Of a stretch of DNA of 64,000 bases, positions 53,594 through 62,577 are shown in pieces. The position numbers and the translations under genes are program-made. The DNA lies in contig OY762007.1 of the NCBI GenBank assembly GCA_963665115.1, positions 5,312,001 to 5,376,000 of the forward strand, written 5' to 3'. Under the pieces are notes generated by a model. The model made no database searches and was not told the DNA's origin. It saw nothing but the letters and a program-made list of their open reading frames with translations. Position 1 is the first letter of the stretch. The number at the start of each line of letters is the position of its first letter. This stretch comes from an uncultured Rivularia sp. (lineage in GTDB: Bacteria; Cyanobacteriota; Cyanobacteriia; Cyanobacteriales; Nostocaceae).

Positions 53594-55184
53594 GGTTCTT
53601 CAACACTTAGTATGCTAAAAATACATTAAAAAAAGTGAAAGTAAAGATTAAATAGCGCAAATTGACTCGTTAGAGCGGCGAATTGAACTACCGCTCCGCT
53701 TGATTCAATTGCGTTGAGACGGGCTTAAAATCAACTCGTAAAAACCCTAAATACTCATAGCCCGCCTCAACGCCGCTACGCTAATCGAATCATAGTTCAA
53801 TTCTTAAATATAAATAAGTATATCAAATAATTACTAAAAATAAAAAAACAACTGGCTTCGTGTTACTAGTTATAAAATAGATTTATAAAACCTGGTATAT
53901 CTTACTATAATGACTTCAAAAAAAGATATTAAAATATTAACACAACTACTGGATTTGTCAGGAATAAAAGTTATCTCACATCATCAATACAAAGGTGTTG
54001 GAATAATATTACAAATCGAATCAATTAATAATGAGAGTATCTGTCCCCGTTGTGGAAAAAAAAGTCATCATTTACATCAAAATCATAAATCTATAATTAA
54101 AGATTTACCTCTAGGAGAGCAACAAGTTTTTCTAGAAATAAATAAACGACAGTTTAAATGTCAAAAATGCCAAAAACCTTTTACAGAAGACTTATATTTT
54201 GTAGAAACAAGAAGAAAATATACCAAAAGGCTTAGCAATAAAGTAATAAAAGAAGTATTAGATTCAGATATTAATAGTGTTGCAGAAAAGGGTATTGTTA
54301 CTACTAGAGAAATAGAAAGAATGCTCAAAGATGCTTCAAATAATGCAATAATTAGAAAGCCTTCATATTTAAAAAGACTTGGTATTGATGAAATAGCTTT
54401 AGTTAAAGGTAAAGGAAATTACTGTGCTGTATTGGTAGATTTAGATAAGTCTGAATTAATTACAATTTTACCCCGAAGTTCACAAGAAATAATCAGAAAA
54501 GTACTTAATTCATGGGGAAAAGAAATTTTAGACCAAGTAGAGGAAGTAAGTATAGACTTATGGCGAGGTTATAAAAATATAGTTCATGAACTAATGCCAA
54601 ATGCACAAGTTGTTGCAGATAGATTTCATGTAATGACACAAATAAATCAAGAATTAGATAAGACTAGAAAATTAGAAAAACGAAAATTAGAAGATTTAAT
54701 CAAAAAATCTAAATCTAAATCTGATAAAGATGAATATGAAAAAATTCTAAATGGATTGAAAAAAAGTAAATATGCTTTACTAAAGAATGAATTAAATCTA
54801 AATGAAGAACAGAAGACAAAACTTGCTGAAGTTAAACAAGTATCTTCAAACCTAAAAATAATGCATGAACGGTCATGAGAACATCAGAATTATTTTTAAC
54901 GATACATATGATTGGTTAGCAGGACTCTTTAAACTTGGTATGTGGCTAGATCAAGCGAAAACATACTTTCCAGTTAGTCAGAAAACTATTATTCGGTGGA
55001 TTGATGAAATTATCGCCTACTTTGATAATGGTACAACTAGTGGTGTAGTTGAGGGCATTAATAATAAATTGAAACTTATTAAACGCTCGGGTTATGGATT
55101 TAGAAACTTTGATAATTTCAGAACTAGATGTTTACTTAATTGGCATTTAAAATGTTAGTTAAGCATACTAAGTGTTGAAGAACC
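53594..55184 (+). mobile_element. ISL3-family insertion sequence (1591 bp)
   Basis: 23-bp perfect TIRs GGTTCTTCAACACTTAGTATGCT; 8-bp TSD AAATATAA at 53586-93 and 55185-92. Confidence 0.95.
53910..55158 (+). pseudogene. ISL3 transposase, frameshifted at about 54870
   Basis: CPRC/CQKC zinc finger, GIDE, VSID, DRFH, EGINNK..KR..YGFRN split over two frames. Confidence 0.88.
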
Positions 55185-57229
55185 AAATATAATCAATTTA
55201 CTATCTTATTTATTTTCAGAACTTCGCAATCAAGATTTTTCTAATTTAAATATTAAACAAGCTAATTTACAGGGAATCAATTTAAGTAATATTGATTTTA
55301 GTAACAGTAATTTTATCAAACCAACTTTTACTAATAGCTTTGGAATTATTTTTAGTCTTGCTTTTAATAATGATGGAGAATATTTAGTTACAGGAAGTAT
55401 TGATGGTGAGGTTTGTTTATGGAAATGGCAAGAAAATCAATTAATATTTCAACATCAAGCACATAAAACTATAGTTGAGTCGGTTGCTTTTAGTCCCGAT
55501 TCTCAAAAAATAGCTAGTTCGAGTCGAGATAGAACGGTGAAATTATGGGATGCTGCTACTGGACAATGTATTTTAACGTTAAATTCACCAAATCAAAGTA
55601 TAGTTAAAAGTCTTATTTTTAATCAGCATGGAAATAAGTTATTTGGTTACTCGAACAAACAAATATTAATTTGGGATTTAGAGACGGGTACTTTTCATAT
55701 ATTAGTCGAATCTCAAAGTCCTATTTGTTCTCTAATTTCAACGATAGCTGATATTTTAATCTTTGGTTGTGAAGATGGTATGGTTTATATCTGGGATTTA
55801 AATACAGAAGCATTTATAAATCAATTTTCAACTAGTAGCGGCGTTGTTTTATCGGTTAGAGTTACTGATGATAATCAAATTTTAGCTTGCGGTATTAAAG
55901 ATAAGATTGTCAAAATTTGTAATTTAAATAATTCTGAATCTATACAAATACAATCTCAAAGTTATAATATCTCCTTGATTGATATTAATCGTAACGGACA
56001 ATATATAGCGACTGGTAGCGGAGAAAAAATTATTAAAGTATGGGATATTGATGCGGGTTTATATTTACAAAGTTTGTCGGGACATCTTTCAGAAATTAAC
56101 GCTATAACTTTCAGCAATACAAATAAAATATTAGCAACTGCTAGTGTCGATCGAACGGTAAAAATTTGGGATATCGCTACGGGAAAATGTCTGAAAACTT
56201 TACAAGGACGTGCAGACTTTGTTCATTCTGTGATATTTAGTAGCGATAATCGGACAATTATTAACGGTAGTCAGCATTCAATTAAATTTTGGGATGTAGA
56301 ATCTGGGCAATGTATATCTACTTTATTCAAAAGCAAAGATTGGTTTTCTTCAGTAATTATTAGTCCCGATGAAAAAACAATTGCTTGTGCAAATATTGGT
56401 AATGAAAATAATATTATCCGAATTTGGCAAGTAGAATCTTTAAATCAAAGCCATCAAATACCGAATAGAATCCTTACAGGACATGATGATAACATTTGGG
56501 CGATCGCCTTTAATTCTGATAGTACAAAAATAGTTAGCGGTAGTAGCGATAGAACAGTAAAAATCTGGAATTCTCAAACAGGACAATGTTTAAAAACCTT
56601 TTACGGCCATAATCGTCCGGTGCTTTCAGTTGCTTTTAGTCCGAATGGAAATACAATTGCTAGTTGTGGTGGTCATTCGATTATTAAACTTTGGAATATT
56701 GAAACTGGAGAATGCGATCGAACAATTCAAGAAAAAGCTTCTTATACTATTAAACTTAATTCCAACGGTTTAATTTTAGCTAGCGGACATACTAGCGGTA
56801 TTGTTAAACTTTGGGATACAAATAATGGTCAATGCATACAGACTTTAGGAAAACTTGGTAAACCAATTGTTTCTATAGCTTTTAGTCACGATGGTGAATT
56901 TATCGCTTATGGAAGTTACGACGGTACTGTAACTGTATGGGATATCAACAATAATAAATCTATTGCCATATTACAGGAAAATTTTTCTTCACCTTGGAGT
57001 CTCGCTTTTAGTAACTTTAGCCAATATTCAAATTTATTAGCTGTAGGTAGAGATAGCGAAGTTGTTCAAATTTGGGATATTAAAACGAGTAAGTTAGTTG
57101 CATTTATGAGAGGCGATCGCCATGCCGAAAAAGTTAATATCACAGGAGTTACGGGTTTGAACGCTTCAACTATTGCTTCTTTAAAAGAATTGGGAGCTTA
57201 TAGTTAACTGGTTTTTTCCAAACGTTAAG

Positions 57230-57350
57230 ATCCCCCCAACCCACGCCACTTCCTACAACGGAACGCCACTTCTCTCAACGCGGGGAACCCGCGCACGAGA
57301 GTGGCTCGGGAACCTCCGCAACGGAGTGGCTCCCCTTATTGAAGGGGGGC
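57230..57350. repeat. Triply nested palindromic repeats
   Basis: ACGCCAC..GTGGCTC unit (57263-57307) inside a second copy (57243-57332) inside a CCCCCC..CCCTTATTGAAGGGGGG hairpin. Confidence 0.8.
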
Positions 57351-57381
57351 TTTTTGTTGTAATTCTTAGTTAACAATCAAA

Positions 57382-58266
57382 TTAATCCTTAGTTTTCTCT
57401 CGTGGATATTGTTTCATCAACTCCCTTACCTGCTCAGCATGATAAGAACTTCTTGTCAACGGAGAAGAAACAACTTGTAAAAAACCGATTTCTTCACCAT
57501 ATTTTTTCCATGCTGCAAACTGTTCAGGATGAATAAAATCACCAACTTTTAAATGCTTTTGACTGGGTTGCAGATATTGTCCAATAGTTAAAATATCGCA
57601 ATCAACAGCGCGTAAATCTTGCATAACTTGCCGAATTTCTTCATCGGTTTCCCCAAGTCCAACCATAATACCCGATTTAGTATAAACCCAAGGTGCAAAT
57701 TGACGAGATATTTTTAATAATTCCAAAGTTCTTTTATAATCACCTTGGGGACGAGTACGTTTATATAACCGAGGAACAGTTTCTGTATTGTGGTTGAGAA
57801 CTTCCGGTTGTGCTTTAAGGATAATTTCCAAAGCTTCCCAATTACCGCATAAATCGGGAATCAAAACTTCAATAGTAGTCTTCGGTGAAATAGTACGTAC
57901 TGCTTCAATACAGCGAACAAACTGGGAAGCACCCTCATCCGGTAAATCGTCACGGTTTACAGAAGTAATCACCACATGATTCAACTTCATCCGACGAACA
58001 GCTTCCGCTAAACGCGAGGGTTCCGTAGGATCTAAAGGTTGCGGTTTTTTCTCAAAATCAATATCGCAGTAAGGACAAGCACGAGTACAGGCTGGCCCCA
58101 TAATTAAAAACGTAGCGGTACCTGCCTTGAAACACTCACCAATATTCGGACAAGATGCTTCCTCACAAACAGTATTCAGCGATAAATCCCGCAAAGTTTC
58201 CTTAACATTACCAACACGTTCCCATTGAGGAGCTTTTACCCGCAACCAATCTGGTTTTACAGTCAC
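57382..58266 (-). CDS. lipA: Lipoyl synthase
   Basis: [20 protein letters not shown] and RSSY motifs; GTG start at VTVKPDW. Confidence 0.95.
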   Translation of the reverse strand: MTVKPDWLRVKAPQWERVGNVKETLRDLSLNTVCEEASCPNIGECFKAGTATFLIMGPACTRACPYCDIDFEKKPQPLDPTEPSRLAEAVRRMKLNHVVITSVNRDDLPDEGASQFVRCIEAVRTISPKTTIEVLIPDLCGNWEALEIILKAQPEVLNHNTETVPRLYKRTRPQGDYKRTLELLKISRQFAPWVYTKSGIMVGLGETDEEIRQVMQDLRAVDCDILTIGQYLQPSQKHLKVGDFIHPEQFAAWKKYGEEIGFLQVVSSPLTRSSYHAEQVRELMKQYPREKTKD

Positions 58267-58384
58267 AATCCTACCACTTGTTGATATACAGGATTTATGG
58301 TAACGCAAATTTGGTTAGTTGTTAGTGGTTAGTTGTTAGTTGTTAGTTGATATGAATTTCTTCCCCCTCTTCCCCCTCTTCCCC

Positions 58385-59891
58385 CAGGGCAAACGCATCT
58401 AAAATTAAGCTAGGTGCGGCGTAGCCGCACCAGCGCGGGCAAGCTGTGGTAAAAATCAGCCCATAACCCAGAATTTAGCGTAAGCCTAAAAATAGGTATT
58501 AAATAATACGAACATTTTTGATTAATAGGCAGTAAATACCAGTAGATATAATCATCTTAAATAACTAAAAATACCATTTTAATTAAAACTAATTGATTAG
58601 CAACTTAATTCTAAAACTTTCGCTAGATACTTATCATCCATAGCAGCTAAAAATTGTTTATTCTTAATTCCAAGTTTTTTACTTTTTTCTTTACCTAAAA
58701 GGTTGATTGCAATGTGACGAAGGACAGCAAAATTTTGCGGCGCATTATCCTTTCTAATTTTACAATCATCTTCATTTAATGCTACATCTAATATCCAATG
58801 CAAGGAATTTTCAATACCCCAGTGGCTACGAACTGAATCTCCAAACTTTTTTGCATCCAAGTTTAAACTGCTAATATAATAACGAGTTTCAACAGTTGTT
58901 TTACCATTTTCAGTTCTAACTGATTCAACCATACCTATGCTTTTTAAATTATCCCATTTATTGTCCAAGTCAATCTTATTTGATATATCAGAAAGCATTA
59001 AATAATTACGTATTTCTTCGCGTCCATGCCCTGAACCCTTGGTACTGTAATGACTTGTACTAAAACCTTCATAATTTTTCGATATTGCTTCTTTAAATAG
59101 TAATTCTACATCTCCATACAAGCTTTTTTGATTCTTTTTTAACGCAATTACATAATCTGCATCTTTTTGGGATATAAGATTTACTATTTCTTTTTGGCAT
59201 CCAATTGCATCAATTGTAACAACACAACCGGCAATATCTAATACTTTTATTAGCTCTGGTATTGCAGTAATTTCATTTGACTTACTATCAACTTTTCTTT
59301 GAGCAAGAACTAATTTATTAGTTTCGGCCCAAGCACTAACCATATTGATGGCGCGATTTCCAGCTTTTTTATCATATGAATGTTTTAGACTTTTACCATC
59401 AATTGCAATCACTTCTCCATCTGTTAAAATTGCAACTGATTTTATCCATGATAAAAAACATTCCTGAAATTTTTCTGGATTAATTAGAGCAAATATTCTC
59501 GCAAATGTATCATGGGATGGAATACCGTTTGGTAGCTCTAAAAAACGCTTCAACCATTTTTCTTTAACTTGCCCATATGTTTCAATTGCTACCCACGAAT
59601 CTGCTCCACAAATTACTGCACAAATCGCAATTGTTATTACATCAATCAGATGATGTCGCTTTGTCCGTTCGATTCGCGGGTCTTCAACATCCACAAAGTA
59701 ATCTGTAATTGTTGTCTTTGGTTTCAGCTTCATTTTTGACCACTCCGCACCCCATCCTGATTTTTTTAGGCTACCACAGATTCACCAACCAGCAGTTCTT
59801 TGGCAGGGCGATCGCACCGACGGTGCAGAGTGCGCCTGCGGCGCACCTGCACCTTTGAAATTTTTAAATAAATTTAGATGCGTTTGCCCTG
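58385..59891 (-). mobile_element. ISAs1-family insertion sequence (1507 bp)
   Basis: 19-bp TIRs CAGGGCAAACGCATCTAAA; flanking CCTCTTCCCC duplication within a 9-mer tandem repeat. Confidence 0.93.
58597..59733 (-). CDS. ISAs1 transposase (intact)
   Basis: DPR, GIPSHDT, AIDGK, KSNEITA, TIDA and HWGIENSLHW motifs. Confidence 0.95.
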   Translation of the reverse strand: MKLKPKTTITDYFVDVEDPRIERTKRHHLIDVITIAICAVICGADSWVAIETYGQVKEKWLKRFLELPNGIPSHDTFARIFALINPEKFQECFLSWIKSVAILTDGEVIAIDGKSLKHSYDKKAGNRAINMVSAWAETNKLVLAQRKVDSKSNEITAIPELIKVLDIAGCVVTIDAIGCQKEIVNLISQKDADYVIALKKNQKSLYGDVELLFKEAISKNYEGFSTSHYSTKGSGHGREEIRNYLMLSDISNKIDLDNKWDNLKSIGMVESVRTENGKTTVETRYYISSLNLDAKKFGDSVRSHWGIENSLHWILDVALNEDDCKIRKDNAPQNFAVLRHIAINLLGKEKSKKLGIKNKQFLAAMDDKYLAKVLELSC

Positions 59892-59958
59892 CCTCTTCCC
59901 CCTCTTCCCCCTCTCTAATTAAAATTCTGTGATATGATAATAACCGCAAGGCTAATGC

Positions 59959-60032
59959 CGGGATGTAGCGCAGCTTGGTAGCGCACTTCGTTCGGGACGA
60001 AGGGGCCGCTGGTTCGAATCCAGTCATCCCGA
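59959..60032 (+). tRNA. tRNA-Pro (anticodon CGG)
   Basis: CGGGATG/CATCCCG acceptor stem, CTTCG-TTCGGGA-CGAAG anticodon arm, GGTTCGAATCC T arm; no encoded CCA. Confidence 0.95.
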
Positions 60033-60163
60033 TTTTTTTGTTGAATAACAGATTATTTGTCGTCTTTGATTTTTTTCAGAGACGCTTGCTTTTTATTGAT
60101 TATAGGACAATAGAGGAAAGTAAAATCCTAATAATCATTATTAAGAAAGATTGAGGGAAAATC

Positions 60164-60736
60164 ATGCAATCAGCAATTAATCTTTTCACGGTTGAGGAAT
60201 ACCTAGAATTAGAGAAAACCAGCGAAGTTCGTCACGAATACCTCGGTGGACAAATTTTTGCTATGTCTGGGGGTAGTAAAGAACATAATACTATTAGTTT
60301 AAATATTGCTAGCAGACTACGTTCTGATTTGAGAGGTGGTTCCTGTAGCGTATTCATGGCTGATATGAAAGTGAATATACGAGTAATCAATCAAAATAAA
60401 AATATATATTACTATCCCGATGTTGTTGTTAGCTGCGATTCTGATGATAAAGACCGTTATTCTTTAAATTATCCTTGTTTAATTATTGAAGTACTTTCAC
60501 CAAGTACAGAAATCACAGATAAACGAGAAAAATTTGTGAATTATCGTGATTTAGAAAGCTTGCAAGAATATGTTTTAATTTCTCAGAATGAAATCAAGAT
60601 AGAAGTTTATCGTCAAGATAATCAAGGGAATTGGTTAATGCAAACTTTGGGTAAAGATAATGAATTACATTTAAATTCGATTAACTTAACTCCAACAATG
60701 GCAGATATTTACGAAGATGTAATCAAAATAATATAG
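60164..60736 (+). CDS. Uma2 family endonuclease
   Basis: HEYLGG, YYPDVVV, EVLSPST and LQEYVLISQ motifs. Confidence 0.9.
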   Translation: MQSAINLFTVEEYLELEKTSEVRHEYLGGQIFAMSGGSKEHNTISLNIASRLRSDLRGGSCSVFMADMKVNIRVINQNKNIYYYPDVVVSCDSDDKDRYSLNYPCLIIEVLSPSTEITDKREKFVNYRDLESLQEYVLISQNEIKIEVYRQDNQGNWLMQTLGKDNELHLNSINLTPTMADIYEDVIKII

Positions 60737-60747
60737 GATAAATTATT

Positions 60748-61326
60748 ATGACTGCTTTAACTTTACAAATACCTCCTTCACTCAAATTTACAGATGAAGA
60801 ATTTGAGCAGATTGTCGAATTTAATCAAGAATTGCGTTTGGAATTAACTGCTGAAGGAAAATTAATTATTATGTCACCAACTGGGGGAGAAACGGGAAAC
60901 CGTAATTTTGAAATTTATATTGATTTAGGTATTTGGAACCGTAAATACCGTCTCGGAAAAGCTTTTGATTCTTCTACAGGTTTTAAACTTCCAAATGGTG
61001 CTACTCGTTCCCCCGATGCTTCTTGGATAAAAATGGAAAGATGGGAGGAACTCACACCACAACAAAGAAAGAAATATTTACCTTTGTGTCCCGATTTTGC
61101 TGTGGAATTAGTATCTGAAAGCGATGATGTGGAAGATACTAGAAAGAAGATGCAAGAGTATATTGAAAATGGTTTGAGGTTGGGTTGGTTAATTAATCCC
61201 AAAGATAAGCAGGTTGAAATTTATCGTGCTGGTAAGGAAGTTGAAATTTTAGATTCTCCAACAAGTTTATCTGGGGAAGATGTGCTGGAAGGGTTTAGTT
61301 TGGATTTACAAACAATTTTTGGATAA
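60748..61326 (+). CDS. Uma2 family endonuclease
   Basis: RSPDASW, CPDFAVEL.S and RLGWLINP motifs. Confidence 0.9.
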   Translation: MTALTLQIPPSLKFTDEEFEQIVEFNQELRLELTAEGKLIIMSPTGGETGNRNFEIYIDLGIWNRKYRLGKAFDSSTGFKLPNGATRSPDASWIKMERWEELTPQQRKKYLPLCPDFAVELVSESDDVEDTRKKMQEYIENGLRLGWLINPKDKQVEIYRAGKEVEILDSPTSLSGEDVLEGFSLDLQTIFG

Positions 61327-61340
61327 TTTCAATATTAATT

Positions 61341-61919
61341 ATGACTGCTTTAACTTTACAAATACCTCCTTCTCTCAAGTTTACAGACGAGGAATTTGAA
61401 CAAATAGTTGCTTTTAATCAAGAATTGCGTTTGGAATTAACTGCTGAAGGGGAATTAATTATTATGTCACCAACTGGAGGAGAAACGGGAAATCGTAATT
61501 TTGATTTAATTGGTCAAATATGGTTTTGGAGTCGTAAAAACAATTTAGGAAAAGCTTTCGATTCTTCTACGGGTTTTAAACTTCCAAATGGTGCTACTCG
61601 TTCCCCGGATGCTTCTTGGATAAAAATCGAAAGATGGGATGCTCTAACACCACAACAAAGAAAGAAATATTTACCTGTGTGTCCCGATTTTGCTGTGGAA
61701 TTAGTATCTGAAAGCGATGATGTGGAAGATACTAGAAAGAAGATGCGAGAGTATATTGAAAATGGTTTGAGATTGGGTTGGTTGATTAATCCTAAAGATA
61801 AGCAGGTGGAAATTTATCGTAGTGGTAAGGAAGTGGAAATTTTAGAATCTCCTACAAGTTTATCTGGGGAAGATGTGCTGGAAGATTTTAGTTTGGATTT
61901 AGAAATTATTTTTGGGTGA
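61341..61919 (+). CDS. Uma2 family endonuclease (tandem paralog)
   Basis: Near-identical to 60748-61326 except for one internal patch. Confidence 0.9.
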   Translation: MTALTLQIPPSLKFTDEEFEQIVAFNQELRLELTAEGELIIMSPTGGETGNRNFDLIGQIWFWSRKNNLGKAFDSSTGFKLPNGATRSPDASWIKIERWDALTPQQRKKYLPVCPDFAVELVSESDDVEDTRKKMREYIENGLRLGWLINPKDKQVEIYRSGKEVEILESPTSLSGEDVLEDFSLDLEIIFG

Positions 61920-61933
61920 ATTAAAAATTCATT

Positions 61934-62047
61934 ATGACAGCCTTAACATTACAAATACCTCCCTCACTTAAATTTACAGATGAAGAATTTGAGCAGATTG
62001 TCGAATTTAATCAAGAATTGCGTTATCTAATTGTAAAAAAACACTAA
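61934..62047 (+). pseudogene. 5' fragment of another Uma2 tandem copy
   Basis: First 30 codons MTALTLQIPPSLKFTDEEFEQIVEFNQELR, then unrelated sequence and stop. Confidence 0.85.
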
Positions 62048-62114
62048 AAAATTCGGAAAATTTTGTAATATGTTTGTAAACTTCAGTATTACTAATTAAG
62101 ATAGGTACAAACTC

Positions 62115-62573
62115 ATGGTAGAACCTTTAACGGCAGCAGTGATTGTCTCCTTATTTTTCTCTGAAGCAATTAAAGAAGGTGGAAAAACTTTAGGAAAAGG
62201 GATTGCAGATACATTTAGCAAACTGGTAAACACGATTCGAGAGAAGTTAAAGGCCGAAGGAACAGAAGGGTTATTGACACGAGCAGAAAAAGACCCCACG
62301 GAAGCTAATAAGGCAAAATTACAAGATGAATTACAAACACAAATAGATGGGGATGGTGCATTTGCTAATCAACTCAAACAGCTAGTAGAACAACTACAAG
62401 CACAGGATGAGAAAATACGTCAGGTAGTTCTAAGTGAAATTGAATTAACTGGAGATTTAAAGGCTCAAGATATTACTCAGAAAGCCGCTAAAGATGGTGC
62501 TGTTGAGCAGGAAATGATTAAAGGGGTGAAAGCTACAAACATTGATGTTGGTAATTTAAATCAAGAAGCTTAA
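62115..62573 (+). CDS. Small helical protein (HeLo/Bell-like N-terminus) with two C-terminal pseudo-repeats
   Basis: Hydrophobic N-terminal helix MVEPLTAAVIVSLFF, helical core, repeats at aa 103-123 and 132-151. Confidence 0.7.
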   Translation: MVEPLTAAVIVSLFFSEAIKEGGKTLGKGIADTFSKLVNTIREKLKAEGTEGLLTRAEKDPTEANKAKLQDELQTQIDGDGAFANQLKQLVEQLQAQDEKIRQVVLSEIELTGDLKAQDITQKAAKDGAVEQEMIKGVKATNIDVGNLNQEA

Positions 62574-62577
62574 ACCA

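Larger units (their letters stand above)
52072..57207 (+). pseudogene. HTH-NB-ARC-pentapeptide-WD40 STAND protein interrupted by ISL3
   Basis: FYGRTEEL, GIGGIGKT, LVFDNV, GNPL; removing the IS and one TSD copy restores GNIINLL..DFSNL into the WD40 array. Confidence 0.9.

Noticed and set aside
54865..54878. Programmed frameshift in the ISL3 transposase
   Set aside because: No slippery sequence at the junction and ISL3 transposases are normally single ORFs; mutation or error is more likely.
59782..60027. 81-aa minus-strand ORF
   Set aside because: Antisense shadow of tRNA-Pro and the IS end.
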